Virus record (IMG/VR): IMGVR_UViG_3300030419_004548
Coordinates: 1 to 59,342 of that record
From: a virus
Taxonomy: Duplodnaviria > Caudoviricetes
Direction: 5' to 3' (one strand)
DNA length: 59,342 bases
Shown here: positions 28,807 through 38,356 of the stretch, one piece after another
Layout: the number at the start of each line of letters is the position of its first letter
Position numbering within the stretch: the stretch's first letter is position 1
Made by a program: the position numbers and the translations under genes
The notes under the pieces: model-generated
The model's input: the letters and a program-made list of their open reading frames with translations, nothing else
Databases searched by the model: none
What the model was told of the DNA's origin: nothing

Positions 28807-31319
28807 AAGAACCTCTCTAATGTAAATTTTTTATCTACAGGTTTTGACCAACCCATTGCTTCATAAAACATCATAATTTTACGATGAAGATTTTTGTCGT
28901 ACATTTTATCGTAATCTATATAATCTCGAATGTATTGAAGAATTTCTTTTGGGTCTTCATAACCTTTGTATGCTAAACTTTCGATACCTAATGGATTCTT
29001 TGTGAGATAAACCCATTTGATTTTTTCAGCTGAACTTATATATAAATATTGCTTAGAAACCTCAAAATGTAATAATAAATCATTATAATTAACAGCAGAC
29101 TTAACGTGTACAGGTGCACCTGATTTGAAAGTAGTAAACTTGTCATCTTCTAATTTACGTTCTACGTATTTAGATAAATTCTTAACACCTGTAGGCATTG
29201 ATATACCATCTATAGGCATCGTATTCATAGAAGATTTAAACTTTAATATTCTTTCATCTATTTTTTCTTTAGGAACATTCGCAAGAACATCATCAAGTAC
29301 CTCTTTCAAAAGTTTACCACAAGCAGGTGGGAAGTTTGAACGTACCGTATCGATACCTTTAACTAACATCTTGTTCACTTCAACACCATTGTCATTAATA
29401 ATCTTCATACCATATCGTTTCTTTGCAATAAACAATCCTGATATACCTATCACTTCTTGTTTAATTTCAAATCTATGGTCTTCTATATTACAAAACTTCT
29501 GTGCAAAATAATCATAACTATTATTCAAATAATCTTGAAGTTCTGATGCGATACTAAGAATACGTTTAGTCATCATAGGTTTTGAATTTACATTCTCATT
29601 AGGATATCTATGTTTTACTAAAGGTAATGCTGATGCGAAGATTGAATCTGTATCAATATAAATCACGTGGTCATCATCTGTTCCCAATTCATTATTGTAA
29701 AAATGATTTGTAATCGTTCTACTAAACTTAATTAATGATTGACCGGTTAGTGTAGTAGCCTCTGCATTATCAATATCATAAAATCTAAATACAGATAGAC
29801 CAAGAACACCATACAAACTATTCAACATAATCTTTTGAATCAACTGCCTTCTATCAAAATATTCATAACGTTCTGTATTACCATCGTTACCAAACTTCTT
29901 TGCTAATTTTCTATACTCTACTCTTTCATCAAACCACTTTGAAAGTATAGCAGGAATCAACCCTGCTTTATCATTACGATATAAAACTCCATTTGCTGAT
30001 ATAGAAATTTTGTTGTCAGTAACATAACTTTTAAAGTCTTCATAATTCATTGATGCTACTTGAGTACCATTGTCATCTTTGATTATATAAGTTTTCTCAA
30101 CTTCACGAATGAAATCTTCAGGCTCCCACTCTTCTAATTTACCAAGTTTAGTTTCCGGACTAATATTCAAAGACATAATAACTGAAGGATACATAGATGT
30201 TACGTCTAAATCAAATACCCAATCGTGTTTACCTTTTTGAGGGTCAGCAACATATGCACCTGCAAACTGAAAGTCTTCTGCTACTTTAGGTTTAGGCTTT
30301 TTGTCAGGAGCTACAATTCCTAAATTTCTTAGATAAACTAATATAGCACCTTCAAGATATCGAGAGGATGTAAATACATTTTCATAAGGAACGTGGCCTG
30401 AGTGACATAACGCTTGTGTAATACTAATAAAATCTAATTTCTTATCAAGTTCATCTACAATTCTAACGTCTTGTACATTATATAAAACAAACTTTGTTCT
30501 ATCATTATCATATAAATCATTAAGTGTTCCATCATATTCTACTTTCTTTTCACCAAGTTCTTCTTCAGCAATAGCATCTAATCGATAACTTGACTTTTCT
30601 GTATATGTAAATTTTCTATACAAAAATAAATAATCTAAATGTGATACACCTGCTATCTTGTGTTTCTCTTTAAACGTAGACCATTGTACAACTCCTATAG
30701 GACTCAACATAGATGCTACTTTTTTACCTACAACTTTACAAGCACGATTATATAGATACGGAACATCAAACTTTTCTGTATTCCATCCTGATACGATAGT
30801 AGGATTTATCTCTTTCCATCTTGAAAGAAATCTTTGTAACATATCAAATTCTGTTTTGAAACGTTCTACTTTAAAATTATTTCTTAGTATGTCGGGATGA
30901 TTTAAATCAACTTTGTTGTCAGAGTCTAACACTAAACAATGATATGTACCATCTGTACAATCATTAAAACCTATAGATGTTATTTCATTAGGTGCTTCAT
31001 TAGGGTCAGGAAATCCTTCTGTTACCTTTACCTCAATATCAAAAAATAGTTTTCTATGATTTGTTGATACGTCATCAGAGTCTGCATATCTATCAACTAA
31101 CACACGAGTTTCTACAGGAACATCTGATTCAAATAGTCCTCGTTCTTTAGGGTCATACTCATATACCTTTGTTAGTTTGTCTCCAAATAACGAAGTGTAG
31201 TTACCTGTAGGAGACTTCTTATATGCATATGGTTTAAACTTGAAAGTTTCATAACCTTTTACATCATCCCAAAGATGAACTTTTTTAGTTTTTATATCGA
31301 AGTAAATATTTTGATACAT
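28803..31319 (-). CDS. DNA polymerase family B (T4 gp43-like)
   Basis: Exonuclease FFDIE, GWNTEKFD, YNVQD; polymerase DVTSMYPS, KIMLNSLYG, YIDTDS, KKRY; C-terminal clamp-binding TLERFF. Confidence 0.97.
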   Translation of the reverse strand: MYQNIYFDIKTKKVHLWDDVKGYETFKFKPYAYKKSPTGNYTSLFGDKLTKVYEYDPKERGLFESDVPVETRVLVDRYADSDDVSTNHRKLFFDIEVKVTEGFPDPNEAPNEITSIGFNDCTDGTYHCLVLDSDNKVDLNHPDILRNNFKVERFKTEFDMLQRFLSRWKEINPTIVSGWNTEKFDVPYLYNRACKVVGKKVASMLSPIGVVQWSTFKEKHKIAGVSHLDYLFLYRKFTYTEKSSYRLDAIAEEELGEKKVEYDGTLNDLYDNDRTKFVLYNVQDVRIVDELDKKLDFISITQALCHSGHVPYENVFTSSRYLEGAILVYLRNLGIVAPDKKPKPKVAEDFQFAGAYVADPQKGKHDWVFDLDVTSMYPSVIMSLNISPETKLGKLEEWEPEDFIREVEKTYIIKDDNGTQVASMNYEDFKSYVTDNKISISANGVLYRNDKAGLIPAILSKWFDERVEYRKLAKKFGNDGNTERYEYFDRRQLIQKIMLNSLYGVLGLSVFRFYDIDNAEATTLTGQSLIKFSRTITNHFYNNELGTDDDHVIYIDTDSIFASALPLVKHRYPNENVNSKPMMTKRILSIASELQDYLNNSYDYFAQKFCNIEDHRFEIKQEVIGISGLFIAKKRYGMKIINDNGVEVNKMLVKGIDTVRSNFPPACGKLLKEVLDDVLANVPKEKIDERILKFKSSMNTMPIDGISMPTGVKNLSKYVERKLEDDKFTTFKSGAPVHVKSAVNYNDLLLHFEVSKQYLYISSAEKIKWVYLTKNPLGIESLAYKGYEDPKEILQYIRDYIDYDKMYDKNLHRKIMMFYEAMGWSKPVDKKFTLERFF

Positions 31320-31837
31320 TAAATACCTGTAGAGCCAAATCCACCTGAACCACGTTCAGAGTCAGATAAATTATCAACAATTTCTAATTTGATTTCTCCT
31401 AACATTGGAGATACAACTTGAAATAATCTTGTATGTTTTTCAATTATAAACTCTTCATCTGATAAATTATCAATAGGAACCATAAACTCTCCACGATAAC
31501 CTGAATCCATAATTCCAACACTATTAGACATTCTCAAAGGAGTTTTTGATATTGAAGAACGTGGTGTGACCATATAAGATATATTCGTATCTTGTATAGA
31601 ACCTCCAAACATATTTTCTATCATCTCTTTAGGTATATTATCTGTTAAATGATTTGAAACTACTTGTACCATTTCTCCTTTAATTCCTAACGGAACAATC
31701 ATTCCTAATTCTTTTGCAGGTATAGTTACTTCTTCAGGAAAATATAAATCAACTCCTGCATCACCTTCTACATTGACTCTCTTTTTATATAGAGATTTCA
31801 ATGATTCATCTAAGATTTCTATTCTTAGTGTATTCAT
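31319..31837 (-). CDS. dut: dUTPase (trimeric)
   Basis: AGVDL, PRSS, GIMDSGYRG, RLFQ, RGSGGFGSTG. Confidence 0.95.
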   Translation of the reverse strand: MNTLRIEILDESLKSLYKKRVNVEGDAGVDLYFPEEVTIPAKELGMIVPLGIKGEMVQVVSNHLTDNIPKEMIENMFGGSIQDTNISYMVTPRSSISKTPLRMSNSVGIMDSGYRGEFMVPIDNLSDEEFIIEKHTRLFQVVSPMLGEIKLEIVDNLSDSERGSGGFGSTGI

Positions 31838-31863
31838 AGTTATACTCCCTCAATTTACGTTTA

Positions 31864-31892
31864 AAGTTACGAAAAAAACCTTTAAAGGTCAA
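31864..31892 (-). promoter_or_regulatory. Sigma70-like promoter upstream of dut/polB
   Basis: TTGACC-17 bp-TAACTT on the minus strand. Confidence 0.6.
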
Positions 31893-31911
31893 GCACTTTT
31901 TTGAAATAAAT

Positions 31912-31931
31912 GGGGGGAAATTAATCCCCCC
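31912..31931 (-). terminator. Intrinsic terminator after the TonB-dependent receptor gene
   Basis: GGGGGGA-ttaatt-TCCCCCC stem followed by ATTTATTT, about 11 nt after the stop. Confidence 0.75.
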
Positions 31932-31942
31932 GATTTATTATT

Positions 31943-34672
31943 TTAGAAATTGACCGATAGGCCAAGGTTGAAGCTTCTTGGAGTTCCAAGAAAGACTTCA
32001 GCATTATGAGCTAAGTGCATTTTATCACCATACCCATTATACTTTGAGTTATCAACTGCGTCTTGGATGTAAACATCATCAAGTGCGTTGAATAGATGAC
32101 CATGTAAAGTCATATCAAGTCCTGCAATTTCAGGTAATTTATAAGATAGATGTAAGTCTAACTTACCATAAGATGGAGTTTTCCATACTTGCGCTCTATC
32201 TGCATCACCGTCTACTTCACGACTATCAGGACTCCAATCAGCATAGTGATTGTCATACCATCTGTAAAGTCCTTGAACACTTAGACCTTCAATAGGCTTT
32301 AGTGTAAGACCACCAACATATGATGTCTGTGGCATATCACCGACTTTAAGATTATTAAGAGCATATTCATACTCTGTAGATGTTTGACCAATGATTTGAT
32401 TATCATCATTGTATTCCATCTCTGTATAATCACCATTGGCATCGCCATCGAAATACCAATCACCGACACTTACAGCAATATCTAAATCAACCATTTCGTG
32501 AAGGGCTACTTTAGATTCAATCTCTACACCTGAGTGTGATTGATTTACACCTGTAAGATAAATGATGTCAGTATCACCTGAGTCACCTTGTCCTGTAGTA
32601 ACAGACTTAGTAAGGTTTCTATCCTTCCATTGTGTGTTATAGTAACTACCTTTGATAGCAACTAAACCACTTTTATATTCACCGCCAATTTCCATTGATG
32701 TGAATTTTTCGTTGTCAGGATTTGTAGATACGTTACCATCATAATCAATAACGTTATCTAAGATTGGTGGTTTCTGTACATATCCAAGATTAGCAAATGC
32801 TGATAGTCTATCATCAAGATTATATCTACCACCACCTTTAACTTGGAATGTTGTGATGTTGTCAGCAGTAACTTTAGAAGCATCAACTGCAAAATGGTCT
32901 AAGTAAGAATATCCAATAGTAGATATACCACCCATACCATAAAGACTAAACTTCTCAACATCATACTTACCTTGTAAGAAAGCACCGAACCAATCAACCG
33001 TTGTTTCGTTGTGATATGCGATAATGTCACCTAAACGAACCACTTTACCATCAGCGGCATTATCATCAGCGTAGTCTACATAGTAGTCTCCACCAAGTAA
33101 ATCACGAACTTCACGCGCGTGTTCTATACCAGCAGTTCTCCAATCAATACCGACTTGAACTTCAAGTGCATCTGAAACATCATAGTTTAATTTAGAAATC
33201 AAACCATAAGTGTTTTGTCTATTGATTGAATTACGAAGGATACCTGTTGAACGATTTTCAACATCAGACCAAGCAGAATCTACATTAGCAGAGTTCTGTT
33301 CAATCTCAGCATTCCAATCCCAAGTCCAAGGCGAACTTGCATACCAAGCATTTCCTTCTATCGCGGGTTGTCTACTTACGCTACCATAAGTTCCTGTTCC
33401 TCCACCTGAACCACCTGACCAATACAGAACAGAACTTAACCTCATTTGGTCATTCAAATCATAAAAATGATTTAAGTTGACAAGAGGCTTGTGAAAAAAG
33501 TTCTCTCTTTCATTTAGAAAGTTAGAACTATATCTATCGGTTGTACGCGCTCCGTACATATACCAATATTGTTGACCTTTATATGAAGGGTCAACGGGTG
33601 CCACGTTTTGATTGAAGAATCTACCTGCTTCGTGTTCAAACTTTTCGCCTGAAACATAAGCAGAGTCATTATACCCATCAATACTACCTGCTAACTCTTG
33701 TGAGTAAGTGGCAATATTTTGTTTGTATAGATTCTGTCCGTGACGTTGTGGTGCACCGATTGCATACAACTCAAAACGTTGGTCATCACTTACAGCATAA
33801 CTCGCTCCCGCGTAATATGCCCAAGCATCTGTCCAAGTTCCATCAATGAATCCGTCACCTGTTTTACGAACTATAGTTCCACTCAAAGCTAACTTATCTT
33901 TGATAAGACCTGAGTTATAGTTCAGAGTGGTTTTAAGAAATCCACCCTCACCAACTTCCTGCTTTAACTTACCGCCCTTCTCTTGAGCCGCAGGGTCAGT
34001 TATTATGTTCATAGTTCCACCAATTGATGGTGTTGCGAGATTCACGGCTGATAGACCTCTTTGCATCTGAATTGAAGAAGTAGCATCTCCTACTCCATCC
34101 CAATTAGACCAATAGACCCATCCGTTCTCCATATCATTCTGAGGAACTCCGTTTATCATCACAGCAACATTTCTTTGGTTAAAACCACGTACATTGATAC
34201 GAGCATCACCCGCACCACCACCTTGTTGAGTTGCATATACTGAAGGTGTAGTGTTAAGAATCATTGGAATGTCTTGAGAACCTAATCTCACTTCCATCTC
34301 TTCTTTACTAACATTCGTATAAGCAACAGGTGTTGTTTCATCAGCACGTGAAGCCAAGACTTCTAATGCTGATAGTGCTACAACGTCAGCTACTAAATTG
34401 AAGCTAACTGAAGCAACTATATCGCCTACCTCCACGCTTTGGGTTTGGGCGATGTACCCGATGTACGATGCAGTAATATCAAAAGTACCTGAACCGGTTT
34501 CGATAACAAATTTACCAGCGTCATCACTAACGCCACCAAGTTCAGTTCCTTCAACAACTACATTCGCTCCAACGAGTGGACCATCTTCAGTACCAACATA
34601 TCCTGTAACAGCTTGTCCGAAAACAAGACTAAAAGACATTGCTAATACTGAGATTAGATTACGATAATTCAT
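31943..34672 (-). CDS. TonB-dependent outer-membrane receptor with N-terminal carboxypeptidase-regulatory-like domain
   Basis: Signal peptide MNYRNLISVLAMSFSLVFG (ATG at 34672, AGGAG 7 nt upstream); PLVGANV..GT..G.SD..GKF domain; plug TPSVY...INVRGF..NVAVMINGVP; amphipathic beta strands; C-terminal PRSFNLGLSVNF beta-signal. Confidence 0.95.
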   Translation of the reverse strand: MNYRNLISVLAMSFSLVFGQAVTGYVGTEDGPLVGANVVVEGTELGGVSDDAGKFVIETGSGTFDITASYIGYIAQTQSVEVGDIVASVSFNLVADVVALSALEVLASRADETTPVAYTNVSKEEMEVRLGSQDIPMILNTTPSVYATQQGGGAGDARINVRGFNQRNVAVMINGVPQNDMENGWVYWSNWDGVGDATSSIQMQRGLSAVNLATPSIGGTMNIITDPAAQEKGGKLKQEVGEGGFLKTTLNYNSGLIKDKLALSGTIVRKTGDGFIDGTWTDAWAYYAGASYAVSDDQRFELYAIGAPQRHGQNLYKQNIATYSQELAGSIDGYNDSAYVSGEKFEHEAGRFFNQNVAPVDPSYKGQQYWYMYGARTTDRYSSNFLNERENFFHKPLVNLNHFYDLNDQMRLSSVLYWSGGSGGGTGTYGSVSRQPAIEGNAWYASSPWTWDWNAEIEQNSANVDSAWSDVENRSTGILRNSINRQNTYGLISKLNYDVSDALEVQVGIDWRTAGIEHAREVRDLLGGDYYVDYADDNAADGKVVRLGDIIAYHNETTVDWFGAFLQGKYDVEKFSLYGMGGISTIGYSYLDHFAVDASKVTADNITTFQVKGGGRYNLDDRLSAFANLGYVQKPPILDNVIDYDGNVSTNPDNEKFTSMEIGGEYKSGLVAIKGSYYNTQWKDRNLTKSVTTGQGDSGDTDIIYLTGVNQSHSGVEIESKVALHEMVDLDIAVSVGDWYFDGDANGDYTEMEYNDDNQIIGQTSTEYEYALNNLKVGDMPQTSYVGGLTLKPIEGLSVQGLYRWYDNHYADWSPDSREVDGDADRAQVWKTPSYGKLDLHLSYKLPEIAGLDMTLHGHLFNALDDVYIQDAVDNSKYNGYGDKMHLAHNAEVFLGTPRSFNLGLSVNF

Positions 34673-34703
34673 AATCATTCTCCTATTGTTGTGTTTGAAC
34701 ATT

Positions 34704-34737
34704 GACACATTTTTCTACAGGTGTGTCGTCTGCCTGT
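34704..34737 (-). promoter_or_regulatory. Candidate H-type RNA pseudoknot in the receptor 5' leader
   Basis: ACAGG-CAGAC-GACACA-CCUGU-AGAAAAA-UGUGUC: 5-bp and 6-bp fully Watson-Crick stems. Confidence 0.55.
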
Positions 34738-34748
34738 CCGCTTTTGTG

Positions 34749-36758
34749 TTAATTTGCATAATCCTGGTCATCATTGTCACCTGTCATCGGTATAATTTCA
34801 CACGAATCATTATTACAGAATTTATCTACTTCTGCTTCTTCGTGTTTAATCACACCAAATGTCAGACGACCAAGTTTTGAAACCTGTTTCTGATAAGTCT
34901 TCTCATCAATAGCTTCGTAAGGCATCTGTGGATAAGCACCATAATCGTGTCTTGGCAACAGACTTATTCCTTTTAAGTGATATTGATAATAATTCAATGC
35001 GGGTGCAATCTGTTCTGATTCAATTTCAGGATTGAACGTTACCGTACAACTAACTTGATTATCAGCCCAATGTCTTTGCATAAATGCCGCTAAACTAAAT
35101 TGTTCCCATATTGAAAGTTCTCCTGCAGTTCTGATGCCTTCTCCTACATCTACAGGAACTTCTACAACCATTGTTGTGTCTTCAGAACCAAACGCAGGTT
35201 CTACTTTATATCCTGCTTTTTTCATTGGTTCTAATAAATCTGAATGTTTTGAAACTCTAATTCTTCTAATATAAAATCTTGATTCAGGATAATGGAGACC
35301 AGGTGTCGCACCTGCTAATAGAGATACCGTTCCACTTGGTTTAACTGATGTTGTTTTTATAGAACGAGGAACAGCCATCCAATCTGAATATTGTTTATCC
35401 CAATCTTGAATAACATCGTATCCATCATTCAACCATTTTTTCAATTCACCTAATCCACGATTAGTAATGAACTGAGCAACACCACTAACACTACAACCAA
35501 TTCTTCTGTTTCTTAACATCACTCTATTTGTATCACTCCAATGAGTTCTACCTAACGTAACCGTCTTAGCATAAAGATACGCATATTTAAGAGTACGTGC
35601 ATAATCTTCAAAACTTTCGTGATTCTCAGGAAACGTTTCTACTAAACAGCATAACTCGTAAGACTCAAGCGTCTGCTCTAAACAAGGGTTGCCTCCCATA
35701 GCTCTGTGGTCTTTGTTGTCTCCCCCATTTTTCATTCTTGAGTACTTTCTCATATTGTCCAACCAAGCAAATCCTGGTTCTCCATTATCATTTATTCTCT
35801 TCGCGGCCTCTGAATAATCCATTCCTAACTCAGCAAATATACTATTGTTAGATGTCCAACCATATTGGTCACGATGAGGATTGACTTTATAATTTTTTAA
35901 ATCTAAATATTCTTCATTATCAGGTTCACCAAATACAATCTCTGCAGTTCTTCTTACATTACCCGCTACAACACATTTACCAATTAGATTCATTATGTCT
36001 ACGATTGTTGTTATTGTGATTGGTTCTCCACTATTCTTTTCAAGTACTTTTCTAATGTCTTCGTGTACTTCTAATAATGGTTCGTGACCACTTGCTACAC
36101 CACCAAATCCACTGATAGGTTCACCTGCAGGTCTTATCTTTGTATAGTCAAACTCAACAGGTGCTTGTCCGTGAAAGTAACTCTCTAATAATAGTTTCAT
36201 TGATTCTACCCAACCTTCTCTTGTATCGGGTATCTCATAAACTTGTTCTTCTCTATCTTTTTCTATACCTTTAACTATTATTTCTCCTGCACCTTTTGTA
36301 TCAAAACCAACACCAACACCTAACATACTCGCATCCATTAAGAAACAGAATGGCTTAGCATAATCTTCTTTAAGTGTTTTTGTTGATACAAAGGCACAAT
36401 TATTTAGGGCGGCATATAATCCTTTTTCTTCTGTGATTGGTGTACCCATAGCCCACAGACCGCGTCCAGGAGGCAAAAACTTCATTTGAAATATACGCTC
36501 ATACATATCTTGAGCAGACTTTTGAGCTTGCCACGCATTCCACCCTAATTGGTGTGATTCAATCCAATTCTTTTGCATATTGTAAGTTCCCTCTACAACA
36601 CGTTGAACCGTCTCCCACCATCGTTCATTCTTCCCATCTGCTTTAATTCGTGAGTAGGTTCTCATATAAACTAATTCTCCCAATCCATTAAAACCAAAAG
36701 GTGCTTTTTTCCGTTTATAACCATTAATAAAATTATCTGAGAGTTTAAATTTTTCCAT
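34749..36758 (-). CDS. nrdJ: Class II (adenosylcobalamin-dependent) ribonucleotide reductase, monomeric type
   Basis: RTYSR, LPPGRGLW, LNNCAF, VVAGNVRRTAE, NPCLEQ, CCLVE, RNRRIG, VKPSGT, C-terminal CNNDSC. Confidence 0.95.
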   Translation of the reverse strand: MEKFKLSDNFINGYKRKKAPFGFNGLGELVYMRTYSRIKADGKNERWWETVQRVVEGTYNMQKNWIESHQLGWNAWQAQKSAQDMYERIFQMKFLPPGRGLWAMGTPITEEKGLYAALNNCAFVSTKTLKEDYAKPFCFLMDASMLGVGVGFDTKGAGEIIVKGIEKDREEQVYEIPDTREGWVESMKLLLESYFHGQAPVEFDYTKIRPAGEPISGFGGVASGHEPLLEVHEDIRKVLEKNSGEPITITTIVDIMNLIGKCVVAGNVRRTAEIVFGEPDNEEYLDLKNYKVNPHRDQYGWTSNNSIFAELGMDYSEAAKRINDNGEPGFAWLDNMRKYSRMKNGGDNKDHRAMGGNPCLEQTLESYELCCLVETFPENHESFEDYARTLKYAYLYAKTVTLGRTHWSDTNRVMLRNRRIGCSVSGVAQFITNRGLGELKKWLNDGYDVIQDWDKQYSDWMAVPRSIKTTSVKPSGTVSLLAGATPGLHYPESRFYIRRIRVSKHSDLLEPMKKAGYKVEPAFGSEDTTMVVEVPVDVGEGIRTAGELSIWEQFSLAAFMQRHWADNQVSCTVTFNPEIESEQIAPALNYYQYHLKGISLLPRHDYGAYPQMPYEAIDEKTYQKQVSKLGRLTFGVIKHEEAEVDKFCNNDSCEIIPMTGDNDDQDYAN

Positions 36759-36816
36759 TTCGTATCCTTATTTGTAGTCTGCCTTGTAACATTTATAATT
36801 AGAATATATACACATT

Positions 36817-38199
36817 TTAATCAAACCCTTCCATCTCTTTATTATTAGTTTTATAATCTTTATATTTTTGTCCGAGAGTTTTTCTTAAAAATTCATCGTG
36901 ATTATTCATCTTACCTTGCACACTCTGTCCTTGTTGTGTCTGTTTATCGAATATTTGTATGTGTCCTGTATTAGTATTTATTGTTGCCGGAAATGTAATA
37001 CCATCAACACCAAATCTATTTTTGATTACGTGAAATCTACCTGTGTTTGCTATCTTGTCTTCTACTTTACGACTCATACTCATAACAAAGTCAGCAGTCA
37101 TCACCTTACTATAATCTTCAGCTACTTTACTTGCATCAATCACATCCTCTTCAAGTGCTGAACGATTTGCTTGAGAAGCAGTCCAAATAGGAATATCATA
37201 TTCACCTGCCATACCTCTCAAGTCTTCATATATGTTACCAAGTTGATGTCTTCGTTCTGTAAAATTACCAATAGGTTTTAGTATGTCAGCATAATCTACA
37301 AGAATCATATCAGGAAGATTGCCTTGTAATTCCATCTGCTTGATATGTGCTGAAAGTGTTTGTACAGATGCTGTTCTTGTAGGATAATATTTTATTAACA
37401 AATAACCTTCTAATGCTGATAATTTCTTTTGAACATCTTCTTGATAAAATTTTAAATTACCTGTTGGAACTCCTGAGAATATTGTATCATATCTTAATCC
37501 AACATATTCAGAATTTAATTCTAAAGTGTAGTGTGCTACTTTTAATCCATTACGAACACAATTAGCACCTAACGCTTGTAGTGTCCAAGACTTACCGATA
37601 CCTGCAGGTGCTACAACAACACCTAATTCTCCACCTGCTAAACCACCATCCATAACTTCATCAATAGTATCCCAACCGGTTTTTATAGTATCACGAGCTG
37701 ATTGATTTAATCGTTCTTCAAGAGAAATTAAATATTCGTGACCAAGATTTCTGTCACTACCTGCACGTAAAGCATCATCAATAATTCTTTTTATATTGTC
37801 ATAGTCTTTACTCTCAAGTAAATCAACACTCTCTATAATAGCATTCTTTAGTGTTTGATTCTTACAAAAACCAAGTACTTGTTCTTTTACAAAATCTAAA
37901 TCTGTAGCTTCTATATGTCTCCAAGATTCTTTTAAACTTTCTACTACTGCTACTTTTAAAACATCATTTTGTATTTCATCTGTTTTAACTTTTAATACTT
38001 CAAGTGTAGGAGCAGTTTTATATTCTACAAAATACTGCATTATAGTTTTTACTAAAAATTTATTAGAATCTGATTCAAAATAATCAGGATTCATAATGTC
38101 TGAAATCTGTGCTGTAAATGTATTATCACTTAATAAAGAAGACACTACTTTAGATTGAAACGTAGGACTATATTGATTTAAGTTTTCTTTATTCGCCAT
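36817..38199 (-). CDS. Replicative helicase (DnaB/T4 gp41-like)
   Basis: APAGIGKS, YTLEL, VDYAD, WTASQANR, KNRFG. Confidence 0.95.
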   Translation of the reverse strand: MANKENLNQYSPTFQSKVVSSLLSDNTFTAQISDIMNPDYFESDSNKFLVKTIMQYFVEYKTAPTLEVLKVKTDEIQNDVLKVAVVESLKESWRHIEATDLDFVKEQVLGFCKNQTLKNAIIESVDLLESKDYDNIKRIIDDALRAGSDRNLGHEYLISLEERLNQSARDTIKTGWDTIDEVMDGGLAGGELGVVVAPAGIGKSWTLQALGANCVRNGLKVAHYTLELNSEYVGLRYDTIFSGVPTGNLKFYQEDVQKKLSALEGYLLIKYYPTRTASVQTLSAHIKQMELQGNLPDMILVDYADILKPIGNFTERRHQLGNIYEDLRGMAGEYDIPIWTASQANRSALEEDVIDASKVAEDYSKVMTADFVMSMSRKVEDKIANTGRFHVIKNRFGVDGITFPATINTNTGHIQIFDKQTQQGQSVQGKMNNHDEFLRKTLGQKYKDYKTNNKEMEGFD

Positions 38200-38356
38200 A
38201 GAGTTCCTTCTTTAACTTTTCACTTTTTTTATTCAAATATCTTTTACGTGCTTTATCTAAAACACGTTGTCTATTTTTAAGATAATAATTTTGAGACCAC
38301 TTTAATTGTGCTACTCTTTTTTCTTCTTCAGTTTTATATTTTACTTTTCTACCCAT
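38189..38356 (-). CDS. Small basic protein (55 aa)
   Basis: Hand-translated MGRKVKYKTEEEKRVAQLKWSQNYYLKNRQRVLDKARKRYLNKKSEKLKKELYGE; overlaps both neighbours. Confidence 0.7.
   Translation of the reverse strand: MGRKVKYKTEEEKRVAQLKWSQNYYLKNRQRVLDKARKRYLNKKSEKLKKELYGE

Noticed and set aside
34673-34708. Track start of the receptor at GTG 34708
   Set aside because: ATG at 34672 has AGGAG at 7-nt spacing and yields a clean signal peptide
34680-34760. Cobalamin riboswitch, or readthrough/frameshift fusion of NrdJ to the receptor
   Set aside because: The spacer is under 80 nt with no B12 box; all three frames hit a stop before the receptor ATG
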